Positions 47,432 to 56,450 of a DNA stretch of 64,000 nt are shown here, piece after piece. A program made the translations under genes and the position numbers. The notes beneath the pieces are model-generated. The model worked only from the letters and a program-made list of their open reading frames with translations. It did not search any database and was not told the origin of the DNA. Source of the stretch: Longimicrobiales bacterium (lineage in GTDB: Bacteria; Gemmatimonadota; Gemmatimonadetes; Longimicrobiales; Gaopeijiaceae); contig CBDDCX010000005.1 of the NCBI GenBank assembly GCA_965226375.1, positions 224,001-288,000 of the forward strand, read 5' to 3'. The stretch's first letter is position 1. Each line of letters starts with the position of its first letter.

Positions 47432-50400
47432 CTAACGCAGAGTCACCTTTCCGCTCCGCGTCCTTCCGCCCTTTTGCGCGTGGGCCGTGATCCGAATGGT
47501 GGCGTCGACCGAGGTACTCTCCACGATCCACTCCACCGTCTGCGACCGATCCGACACCTTGTCCGTGATCTCATTGCCCCCGGCCAGGTGTGAGATGGTG
47601 ATCCGTCCGGTCGCGTAAGGTGCATCTCCTCCCTCCACGATTCGGCCACCCTCCACCTCGAGCGTGACCGTCGGTGGTGCGACGACCTGCTGTGTGAGTC
47701 CGCCGTCCGGACCCTCACGGCCCTCGAACCCTCTCTGCGTTAGGTGCGTGGCCAGGTCCCCGACGTTCGTGACGGTGACCGCGACCCGATAACGGCCTTC
47801 CCCCAGCGGGGAGATGTCCGGCGCGGACATCTCCAGCAGCGGAGTACGAGCGGCCACGTGTAGGAACCACGGTAGCTGTTGCTCCAGCTCGCGCTCCAGA
47901 AGCTCGTCGGGTGGGTTTTGTCCCCAGAACTTCCGGTGCCATCCCCCGATCTCGACGGGGCCGAACTCCGGATGGTCGTAGCGGGTCCAATCGCCGAAAT
48001 ACGCCCCGCCAAAGCTCCCGTCGTTGTACGCGTGCCAGTCCGATTCGTCGATCTCCCCGTTGCCGTCGGCATCCGGCACCCACTCGTCCGGTCCGGGCGA
48101 GTACTCGGGCACCCATCCCACGACGCCGTGATCCCAATAACCGAAGGTGATAAGCGTGCCGTAGCGGTGGTCGGTTGGGTGCGTCGAGCTGGGAATGACC
48201 TCTCGGCCCGTGGACTCGGTGTAGAAAGCGCTCAGGTCTTCGATCAGGGCCAGGTCGGTCTGGTCGAACTCTGACGGGGCCGACGCAGAAGGAAGCCGAT
48301 AGACGAAGCCCCCCGACGTGTGCCCGTGGATGATGAACGCGATGTTCCGATGCTCGTTCACGAACCTCGCGGTGGCGTACGTCTCGGGCTCCGAGAGCGG
48401 AAAGTCTCCGGCACCGGACTGCACGTGCTGCCGCTCCCAATTCCGGGGGAAGTTTCGGTTCATATCGATCCCCCCGTATCCGTCCTCGTTCAGCCTTCCG
48501 TCGGCGTCGTTGTCGATGCCCTCGGACACGACGCGGTAGAAGGGCCCCGGGGAGCCTTCTTCTCGGGCCATCATGATCCGCGGGTCCCTCGGGCTGATCA
48601 TCTGGTCCCCGTTCGGGTCCGGGATGCGCATCTGGAGAATTCGGCCGTCGCCGTCGAGGTCCTCTCCCGGGTCCTCGTCTGCCACTCCGTCGAAGTCCTG
48701 ATCGACGGGATGAACCGAGCTGCGCAGAGACTGGTCGGTGTCGAGGACCAGATTCGATCCGTCCGGGTTGAATTTCGGTCGGATGTAGAAGGCACGCGTA
48801 TCGAGGAGCTCCGTCACCGCGTCGTCTGAGCCGTAGCGGTTGAGCAGTTCGCCCAGGGTGTATAGGGCGACCTCTGATCCGGTCAGCTCCGCCGCGTGGA
48901 TCCCCCCGTCGAGATAGATGGCCGGCTTGTCGGAGGCGGGTCCCGTGGCCTCGTTGGTGACCTCCATGAGCATCAGGTCCACTCCCTCGTAACTGTTCCC
49001 GATGGAGTAGAGCTCGGTCAGGCCCGGGTACATCTCACTCCACACCTTCATGATGGCGTGAACGTCTTGCCAGCGGTGGTATCGATTCCACTCCACCTCG
49101 CCGTCGGCACCCACGAGATTTGCCCCTTCGATCCGTCGTTCGCTGACCTGATTGCTCAGGGCACGCATCCTCCGGGTCAGATCCTGCACGGCGGCCACAT
49201 ATGTGCCTTCCCACTCGGCGATGCCTGCTGCCGAGCGCGACTCGACCTCGAATCGGAGGCCCGGGAGCATCCATGAGGCGTATCCACTGAACGGATCGGG
49301 GGACGCGAAAAGCGATTGGCTCCAAGGCCTGCCCTGGAGGCCCTCCGAGCGGATGAACGCTTTCTCCATGTCGAGAAGGCCCCGGTTCGCCGCATCCCGA
49401 TCGGCGGCCGGGTCGTAAACTGGGCTGTCCGAAGCGAAGAGGGACGTCTCCAGCTCCTCCGCCACGTCGGCCAGCTCGTCCGTGGCCGATTTGAGGCGAT
49501 CGAGGTCGAGGTTTACCCCCAACTGCCCGGCCCTCGACTCAAGGGCATCGATGTGACGGTCGATGTCCGTCGGATATCGGACCAGGTCGTACGGAAGGAT
49601 GTCCGCGTTGGCGAGCCGCAGGGCGATGATCCCGTCCACGCGCGCCAGGGCTGGGCCGTACACGAAGTCCGGGTCGGAAAACCTCTCAAAGAAGGCGAAG
49701 TCGTCGTAGTTGGAGTGATAGACTCCCGAAGATCCACCCATGGACACGCCTCCGGACGGGACCCCGGCGTGCGTGTAGAACCCCACGTGATCCGATCCAC
49801 CGCCTAGGTCGCCGATGGCCGGCTCGTCCAGGCCATCGCTGTTCCAGGCCAGGTACATGCTGCGACCGTCGGGATAGGCCACCGCTTGTGTGGCTTCCAC
49901 GATCGTTCTCTTGAGCGACGGAGACGCGGAGACCCGGACATTGCCGCCGGTGACCGCGCCGTCGGCATTGATGTAGGCGACTGCCTTGGCCCGCAGCTGG
50001 TCGCGAAATTCCTCGACCCACTCGACGGATCCGATGATGCCGTACTCCTCGGCGTCCCAGTGGGCAATCTTGATCGTGCGCCGCGGCCCGCAGCCCTCGG
50101 CGTCGAGCTGACCAAGGGCCTCCGCGAGGGTCAGCAACATGGCGGTGCCACCGTTGGGATCCAGGGCGCCAAACCCCCAGGCATCGTAATGCGAACCCAG
50201 GATCACCCACTCGTCGGGCAACTCCGATCCCTGGAGCGTCCCGACCACGTTGGTGGCCCGCACCAGCTTCTTGGGCTGGTCCACGTGGATGCGGAGCGTC
50301 AGCCCCTCACCCCCTTCGATTCGGTAGGTGGCGTCGATGCCTCCACGCCAGTCGTCAGGGGCCTCCTGGCCCTCCATGAGCCGCAGGATCTCGGATGCGG

Positions 50401-51247
50401 CCCCATAACCCAGGGGGAGCACGGGGATCGTGTGCAGGGGCAGATCCTCGGGCTCGAGGCGGCTGACGCTCTTGCCCGAATCCACCGGGTATGCGGGCTC
50501 GAATGGAGTGAGAGGATCACCGGTCCAGTCCAGAGTGAGCACCGATCCCCTTTGAATGGTGTGCTCGTTCATCATGGGCCCGTCCGGATACTCGGCACCC
50601 CCGCCGCTCCCCGGATCGTTGAACATGATGAGCCCGAGCGCACCGGCGGCCTCGGCGAACTTGGCCTTGAACCCTCGGAAATTCCCTCCGTAGCGAGCCA
50701 CGACAATCTTGTCGGCCACGGAAACGCCCATCTCCTGAAGGCGCTCGAAGTCCTCCTTGCGACCGAAGTTCGCGTAGACGATCTGCGCCGTTACATCCCC
50801 GCTACCGGAGTAGGCATTCCACCCGGGCAGGAGGTCCGGATGAGATGAGAACGGATCCCCCGGCACCGCGGGCTCGCGATTGTTCAGCCGTTTGCGGATG
50901 GGCGACTCGATCTCCGCGAAAACCTCGCCTCCTAGCTCAGGTAGGTATACGTCGTAGCTGTGACGCTCCACCTCGAAACCGGCCGCCGACATGGCTGAGA
51001 CCAGATAGTCGGCCACGCGGCCCTGGGCTTCGGAGCCGGTGGGATGGGGCTCCTGGGTCACCGTCCGGAGGTGTTCTCTGAACGCTTCCGGGCTTGGAAG
51101 CTCCTGGAGTCGGGCCTCACAGAACGCCTGAGTCTCTGTCCGGGCGGCTGAAAAGCCACGGATCTGGGCGGCGGACGGGGCCACGAAGAGCAAGAGGGCG
51201 AGAGGGAGAAGACTGGCCAAGAGGGGCCGCGTCGGATATGAGCGCAT
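47432..51247 (-). CDS. Secreted M28 (GCPII-like, PA + TfR-dimer) peptidase fused to an M14 carboxypeptidase
   Basis: GSHYDAW, DPNGGT, WDAEEYG, YINAD, GSDH, YHSNYD; then IHAAE, DMNRNF, HGHT. Confidence 0.9.
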   Translation of the reverse strand: MRSYPTRPLLASLLPLALLLFVAPSAAQIRGFSAARTETQAFCEARLQELPSPEAFREHLRTVTQEPHPTGSEAQGRVADYLVSAMSAAGFEVERHSYDVYLPELGGEVFAEIESPIRKRLNNREPAVPGDPFSSHPDLLPGWNAYSGSGDVTAQIVYANFGRKEDFERLQEMGVSVADKIVVARYGGNFRGFKAKFAEAAGALGLIMFNDPGSGGGAEYPDGPMMNEHTIQRGSVLTLDWTGDPLTPFEPAYPVDSGKSVSRLEPEDLPLHTIPVLPLGYGAASEILRLMEGQEAPDDWRGGIDATYRIEGGEGLTLRIHVDQPKKLVRATNVVGTLQGSELPDEWVILGSHYDAWGFGALDPNGGTAMLLTLAEALGQLDAEGCGPRRTIKIAHWDAEEYGIIGSVEWVEEFRDQLRAKAVAYINADGAVTGGNVRVSASPSLKRTIVEATQAVAYPDGRSMYLAWNSDGLDEPAIGDLGGGSDHVGFYTHAGVPSGGVSMGGSSGVYHSNYDDFAFFERFSDPDFVYGPALARVDGIIALRLANADILPYDLVRYPTDIDRHIDALESRAGQLGVNLDLDRLKSATDELADVAEELETSLFASDSPVYDPAADRDAANRGLLDMEKAFIRSEGLQGRPWSQSLFASPDPFSGYASWMLPGLRFEVESRSAAGIAEWEGTYVAAVQDLTRRMRALSNQVSERRIEGANLVGADGEVEWNRYHRWQDVHAIMKVWSEMYPGLTELYSIGNSYEGVDLMLMEVTNEATGPASDKPAIYLDGGIHAAELTGSEVALYTLGELLNRYGSDDAVTELLDTRAFYIRPKFNPDGSNLVLDTDQSLRSSVHPVDQDFDGVADEDPGEDLDGDGRILQMRIPDPNGDQMISPRDPRIMMAREEGSPGPFYRVVSEGIDNDADGRLNEDGYGGIDMNRNFPRNWERQHVQSGAGDFPLSEPETYATARFVNEHRNIAFIIHGHTSGGFVYRLPSASAPSEFDQTDLALIEDLSAFYTESTGREVIPSSTHPTDHRYGTLITFGYWDHGVVGWVPEYSPGPDEWVPDADGNGEIDESDWHAYNDGSFGGAYFGDWTRYDHPEFGPVEIGGWHRKFWGQNPPDELLERELEQQLPWFLHVAARTPLLEMSAPDISPLGEGRYRVAVTVTNVGDLATHLTQRGFEGREGPDGGLTQQVVAPPTVTLEVEGGRIVEGGDAPYATGRITISHLAGGNEITDKVSDRSQTVEWIVESTSVDATIRITAHAQKGGRTRSGKVTLR

Positions 51248-51415
51248 GACTGAGTTCCTCAAACGTGGTGAAATCGGTCCGCAAACATATCCTGTGGATC
51301 CCGATGTGGCATGGGCCTGTGCCCTTCTCTTGCTAAGCCCCGTCTGCGGACGTAACGATGGTGCCCGCCTGAGGCGTGCGCCTCAGCGAAGTCGAAACGA
51401 AGAACGGGGTGTCGA

Positions 51416-52594
51416 GTGATGATGAAGCGTACCTGGTTGATCCTCACGGTGGGACTGATGGCTGCGAGCGCCCTCCACGCTCAGGACGAGCACATGGCTA
51501 AGGCCCGCCGGGTGTTGGACGCCATGCCGCTCTTCGACGGTCATAACGACCTGCCCTGGGCCATCCGAGAGAATGAAAGCGCACCTCTCGACGTGGCGGC
51601 CTACGACCTTCGACGTACGACTTCGGGTCACACGGACATCGCGCGGCTACGCGAGGGCATGGTGGGCGCGCAGTTCTGGTCGGTGTACATCCCCATGGAG
51701 TCGGTGGATGAGGGAGCCGCTCGCTTCCAGCTCGAGCAAATCGACATCGCCAGGCAGGTCATCCGGAAGTATCCGGACGTGTTCGAACAGGGGTACACGG
51801 TCTCGGACGTAGAGCGGATCTACGGCGAAGGGAAGGTCGCTTCGGTGCTCGGAATGGAAGGCGGGCATGCCATCGAGAATTCCTTGGGAGCGCTCCGGGC
51901 CTACTTCGATCTGGGCGTCCGCTACATGACGTTGACCCATTCTGGGAACAATGACTGGGCCGACTCCGCGACGGACGATGCGGAGCATGGTGGCCTGACA
52001 GAGTTCGGCAAGGAAGTCATCCGCGAGATGAATCGCCTGGGTATGCTCGCGGACCTGTCCCATACGTCGCCGGAGACCATGAACGACGTGCTTGATGTGG
52101 CCGAGGCTCCAGTCATCTATTCGCACTCATCGGCTCAGGCCCTGACCAATCACCTGCGCAACGTGCCGGACCAGGTACTGCGCCGGCTTCCAGAGAACGG
52201 CGGGGTCGTCATGGTCACGTTCGTGCCCTCGTTCGTTTCCGAGGCCAATCGCACCCACTCGGGGCCGGGGGACGCACCGAAAGCCACCCTGGCCGACGTG
52301 GCGGATCACATCGAGCACATCCGAGACGTATCAGGCGTCGACCACGTGGGCATCGGGTCCGACTTCGACGGCATCGGGGACACGCCGGTGGGACTGGAGG
52401 ACGTGTCTACCTTCCCGGTCTTGTTCGCCGAACTGTCCCGCCGCGGGTGGAGTGAGGGAGACTTGTCCAAGCTCGCCGGTGGCAATGTTCTGAGGGCGTG
52501 GAAAGAGGCGGAGTCCGCAGCCAGCAGAATCCAGAGGACCCGAGGACCCTCAGTCAAGACCATCGAAGAGCTGGACGGTCGCCCGATCTCCTAG
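51416..52594 (+). CDS. Membrane dipeptidase (M19)
   Basis: DGHNDLPW, GMEGGH, DLSH, SHSS, GIGSDFDG. Confidence 0.93.
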   Translation: MMMKRTWLILTVGLMAASALHAQDEHMAKARRVLDAMPLFDGHNDLPWAIRENESAPLDVAAYDLRRTTSGHTDIARLREGMVGAQFWSVYIPMESVDEGAARFQLEQIDIARQVIRKYPDVFEQGYTVSDVERIYGEGKVASVLGMEGGHAIENSLGALRAYFDLGVRYMTLTHSGNNDWADSATDDAEHGGLTEFGKEVIREMNRLGMLADLSHTSPETMNDVLDVAEAPVIYSHSSAQALTNHLRNVPDQVLRRLPENGGVVMVTFVPSFVSEANRTHSGPGDAPKATLADVADHIEHIRDVSGVDHVGIGSDFDGIGDTPVGLEDVSTFPVLFAELSRRGWSEGDLSKLAGGNVLRAWKEAESAASRIQRTRGPSVKTIEELDGRPIS

Positions 52595-52651
52595 TGTGGT
52601 GTTACAGAGGTTCGCTCGAATGGCCGAGACACTTCTGACTCAGGACACGAG
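52591..52651. repeat. Mini CTAG-terminal inverted-repeat element
   Basis: CTAGTGTGGTGTTACAGAGGT...ACTTCTGACTCAGGACACGAG; ends resemble the MITE IRs. Confidence 0.65.
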
Positions 52652-52775
52652 GTAGGAGCGAAGGGCCGGCGCCGTTAGGATCTTCTAGGCGGATTTCCGG
52701 CCGCCTCCCTGTTCCGCTCCCGTAGTGCTCAGCGTGGAATTCGACACGCGCTGAACCCCCTGACGACCAAGATCC

Positions 52776-53709
52776 ATGTACGACGCCCGTGAACACAGCC
52801 TGTGGGGCGACCTCAAAGAGTCGCTGCGCGGGACGAACCAGGACTTCACCGAAGGACCCATCGGCCGTGCCATCTTGTTGCTGGCCGTGCCCATGATTCT
52901 CGAGATGGTTATGGAGTCCGTGTTCGCGGTGGTGGACATCTTTTGGGTGTCCAGGCTCGGGGCCGAGGCCATCGCCGGGGTGGGGCTCACAGAGTCCCTT
53001 CTGACACTGGTCTATACGGTGGCCGTGGGTCTCAGCATCGGTGTCACGGCCATGGTTGCCCGTCGCACCGGCGAAAAGGACCCCGAGGCGGCGTCCCGCA
53101 CCACTGCACAGTCCATTCTGCTGGGCCTCGCAGTGGCCGTGGTGTTGGGCGTGATCGGAGCCCTGAACGCACCCCGCTTCCTGGGATGGATGGGTGGCAG
53201 CGAGGACGTGATAGCCGCGGGATCGAGCTATGCGACCATCATGCTCGGCTCCAACGGCGTGATTCTTCTGCTCTTCCTGATCAATGCCGGGTTCAGGGGC
53301 GCGGGCGACGCTACGATCGCGATGCGCGTCCTTTGGATCGCCAACACCATCAACCTGATTCTGGATCCGCTGCTCATATTCGGGATCGGTCCGTTTCCCG
53401 AGCTCGGGGTGGCAGGAGCGGCCGTCTCGACCGTGATCGGGCGGGGCACGGCGGTGTGCATCCAGCTGGTCACCCTGTTCAGCGGGATCGGACGGGTGAC
53501 CGTAACCTGGGCCCATCTGCGCCCGGACTACCACATCATGTGGAGACTCGTACGGCTGTCCGGCTCGGCCACCTTCCAGACGTTCATCGGGACCGCTTCG
53601 TGGATCAGCCTCATGAGGATACTAGCCATCTTCGGCAGCGCGGCCTTGGCTGGCTACACCATCGCCATCCGCGTCGTGCTGTTCGCGCTGTTACCCGCCT
53701 GGGGCATGA
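52776..53709 (+). pseudogene. MATE-family efflux transporter, 3'-truncated
   Basis: MATE motifs (EGPIGRAILLLAVP, FRGAGD, NLILDPLLIFG) stop after LPAWGM at ~311 codons; the frame then reads antisense into the convergent gene. Confidence 0.8.
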
Positions 53710-53727
53710 CGGGGGCGGGTCGCGGCG

Positions 53728-54459
53728 TCACCTCTGATCCGATCCTTCGTCCCTGGAGGCCGTCTCTTCGGTCGCCTTCTGCTTCGTCGCCCAGTCGTCC
53801 ATGGGTACCACTATGGCGGTCATCGGACCGCTGGCCCAGTCCAAGTGGGGCAGGCCGCTCCACCGCGCCGCCTCCCCGGCTTCATCGCTAAAGCCGAGGG
53901 CGGCGTGCGTAGCGTACGGAGCCGCCACCTTCACCTGCGGCCGCAGCGCCCAGTCATCCCCCTCGGGGTTATGCCGGTAACCGTTGCTGGAGAGCATGTA
54001 CGTGATGCCCCCGGCCCGCGGTGTACGCAGCTCGCCGCTCACGAAGCCCTGACCGATGGCCGCCATGATCTCGTCTTGCGTCTTGCCCTGGGAGCGCAGC
54101 CTCTCCCGCATGCTGGCCACCTTGAAGGACGACACGCTGCCGCCCCAATCGTGACAGGTCGGAATCACGCTCTGCCCGCCCATTCCCCGATCGACGTAGC
54201 AGGAGAAGCCGTTGGTGCCCGTGCGTGCCTCCTCATAACCCCAGTTGCCGAGCACGAATACGGTCGCTCCGAGTGAGACCTCCCGGGGTGCCGCGCTCAG
54301 GGCGAGGTCCATCTCTTCGACGGGATCCAGCCAGACCGCCTTCGCCACGTCCGGACGGCTCCACTCGCTCTCAGCTGCCTGCTCCTGTGCCGCCGCGGAA
54401 GCTGCCAAAACTCCAGTCAACGCCAGCCCGCAAACCAGTCCACTCCACTTTCCTCGCAT
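53728..54459 (-). CDS. Secreted hypothetical protein
   Basis: Signal peptide (AAA-Q), ALSAAP...GTNGFSC...YMLS; AGGGAG RBS. Confidence 0.75.
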   Translation of the reverse strand: MRGKWSGLVCGLALTGVLAASAAAQEQAAESEWSRPDVAKAVWLDPVEEMDLALSAAPREVSLGATVFVLGNWGYEEARTGTNGFSCYVDRGMGGQSVIPTCHDWGGSVSSFKVASMRERLRSQGKTQDEIMAAIGQGFVSGELRTPRAGGITYMLSSNGYRHNPEGDDWALRPQVKVAAPYATHAALGFSDEAGEAARWSGLPHLDWASGPMTAIVVPMDDWATKQKATEETASRDEGSDQR

Positions 54460-54609
54460 CGTCGTCTCCCTGTGTCGGATCCACGTGTGTGTCAACGAGT
54501 ACCGTGTGCGATGGGTTAGACGACGGTTGCACCCGGATTCTTCCCCGATCATGATGACGCCTCGGCCGAGAGCCACGATGCCGGGCATGACGAAGCTGGC
54601 GGAGACGAC

Positions 54610-54966
54610 ATGGACATTGTGTACATCCGTGATCTGAAGATCGAGACGATCATCGGAATCAACGACTGGGAGCGTGAGGTGCGCCAGACGGTGAGTCTCG
54701 ATCTCGAGATGGCCACCGATATCCGACGAGCCGCGGGCAGTGACGATATCTCTGATACCGTGGACTACAAGGCTGTAGCGAAGCGAATCATCGCTTTCGT
54801 CGAGGGGAGTGAGTTTCTCTTGGTTGAGAGGATGGCGGAGAGCATCTCAGACATCCTGCGTGAGGAGTTCGCGGTGACCTGGCTGCGGCTTCGAGTCGGC
54901 AAACCCGGCGCAGTCACCGGAGCCGCCGACGTAGGTGTGATCATCGAGCGCGGAGCGCGAGCGTAA
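54610..54966 (+). CDS. folB: Dihydroneopterin aldolase
   Basis: IGINDWER, TVDY, LVERMAE, KPGAV. Confidence 0.95.
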   Translation: MDIVYIRDLKIETIIGINDWEREVRQTVSLDLEMATDIRRAAGSDDISDTVDYKAVAKRIIAFVEGSEFLLVERMAESISDILREEFAVTWLRLRVGKPGAVTGAADVGVIIERGARA

Positions 54967-55005
54967 ATGCCCTGGACGGAGATCTCAGTGGTCACGGGCC
55001 GGTAG

Positions 55006-55518
55006 GTGGCGCGCGCGTACATCAGCGTGGGCAGCAACGTGGACCGGGAGCGCAATGTGACGGCTGCGCTGGACGCCCTATCGGCGGTCTACGGAGAGCT
55101 CGCTCTGTCGTCGGTGTTCGAGAGCGAGTCTGTCGGTTTCGAGGGTGATCCCTTCTACAACGTGGTGGTGGGGGTGGATACGGCACAGAGCGTCGGCGAG
55201 CTCGCCAAGGCCCTGCGCTCGATCGAAGACGAAGGTGGGCGACGGCGAGACACTCCTCGGTTCAGCGCTCGAACACTCGACCTGGATCTGCTGATCTATG
55301 CGGAGGTGGCTGGTGTGATCGATGGTGTGGTACTCCCCCGCGGGGAGATCACCGAGAACGCGTTTGTTCTGAGACCTTTGGCAGAGGTTGTGGGGGGGGA
55401 GATTCACCCGATCGCGCAGCGAACGTACGCCGAGCTTTGGCGGGACTTCGATAAGGGCGAGCAGACGTTGTGGCCGGTGGATTTCGTGTGGGGCGGGGTG
55501 CGGATCTCCCGCGGTTGA
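55006..55518 (+). CDS. folK: 2-amino-4-hydroxy-6-hydroxymethyldihydropteridine diphosphokinase
   Basis: ISVGSN, FYNVVV, RTLDLDLL, FVLRPLAE. Confidence 0.92.
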   Translation: MARAYISVGSNVDRERNVTAALDALSAVYGELALSSVFESESVGFEGDPFYNVVVGVDTAQSVGELAKALRSIEDEGGRRRDTPRFSARTLDLDLLIYAEVAGVIDGVVLPRGEITENAFVLRPLAEVVGGEIHPIAQRTYAELWRDFDKGEQTLWPVDFVWGGVRISRG

Positions 55519-55653
55519 CCCGGATCGGGAGTCAGGTGCGCGTCTCGTCCAGCCATCCCCTCGGGTACACATCCCAACGAGATTCCCGTTGTGTTGGCAT
55601 ATGCCCTTTGTGCCGTCGAGTCGACAGTTCAGAGTGACAGGCTGCCCCTAGCG

Positions 55654-55687
55654 CTATCATGATGGTAGAATAGCCAACATGATGGTA
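55654..55687 (+). promoter_or_regulatory. Putative antitoxin operator
   Basis: CATGATGGTA twice with a 20-bp period; the first lies within the near-palindrome CTATCATGATGGTAG. Confidence 0.55.
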
Positions 55688-55699
55688 ACACGCACGCGT

Positions 55700-55948
55700 A
55701 TGGTTCGCACTCAGATCCAGTTTACCGAAGACCAACTCTCGGATTTGAAATCACAGGCCTCCGGAGAGGGCGTGTCGGTCTCCGAGCTCGTACGGAGAGC
55801 CGTTGAGGGGTGGACGATGACCGCTACCCAACCGTCCCCCGAAGAGCAGCGACAGCGTGCCCTGGCCGTGGCCGGGCGCTTTGCGTCAGGATGCACCGAC
55901 GTGGCTTCCGAGCATGACCGACACCTTCCGGAGGCGTACGGCGAGTGA
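55700..55948 (+). CDS. vapB: RHH/CopG antitoxin
   Basis: MVRTQIQF...VSVSELVRRAV...DVASEHDRHL; GTGA overlap with the PIN gene. Confidence 0.88.
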   Translation: MVRTQIQFTEDQLSDLKSQASGEGVSVSELVRRAVEGWTMTATQPSPEEQRQRALAVAGRFASGCTDVASEHDRHLPEAYGE

Positions 55949-56352
55949 CGACTTTCGTCGATACGTCAGGGCTCTACGCGGTCCTGGATAGAGACGACCG
56001 ATGGCATCTCCGGGCGCGTGACACATGGACGGAGCTCGTAGCCGAACATGACCTCCTGATCAGCAACTACGTCCTGGTGGAGACGTTCGCGCTGGTGCAG
56101 AACCGGCTGGGAGTGGAGGCGGTGCGAGCGGTGGTCCAGGATGTGGCCCCGATTCTCAACGTGCACTCGGTGGATGAGGAGGACCACGGACGTTCCCTCG
56201 AGGCACTCCTCACCGCGAATCGGCGAGATCTGAGCCTGGTGGACTGCATGAGCTTCCACATCATGCGTAGGCACGGTATCCGAACCGTCTTCGCCTTCGA
56301 CAGGCACTTCGAAGAGCAGGGCTTTGTGACGCTCCCTGGTAGGGCTTCCTAG
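55945..56352 (+). CDS. vapC: PIN-domain toxin
   Basis: FVDTS, VLVET, SLVDCMSF, FAFDRHF. Confidence 0.92.
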   Translation: MTTFVDTSGLYAVLDRDDRWHLRARDTWTELVAEHDLLISNYVLVETFALVQNRLGVEAVRAVVQDVAPILNVHSVDEEDHGRSLEALLTANRRDLSLVDCMSFHIMRRHGIRTVFAFDRHFEEQGFVTLPGRAS

Positions 56353-56450
56353 CGCGAGTACATCGGCCACCGTGGCTGTCAGAACAGATCCGATCCTGCT
56401 GGTACCGTCCGCGACGGTTACCTAACGTTCGCGCTCAACTTTCAGCGCGG

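Noticed and set aside
55520..56440. Integron cassette (attC) origin for vapBC
   Set aside because: No convincing RYYYAAC...GTTRRRY palindrome and no integrase
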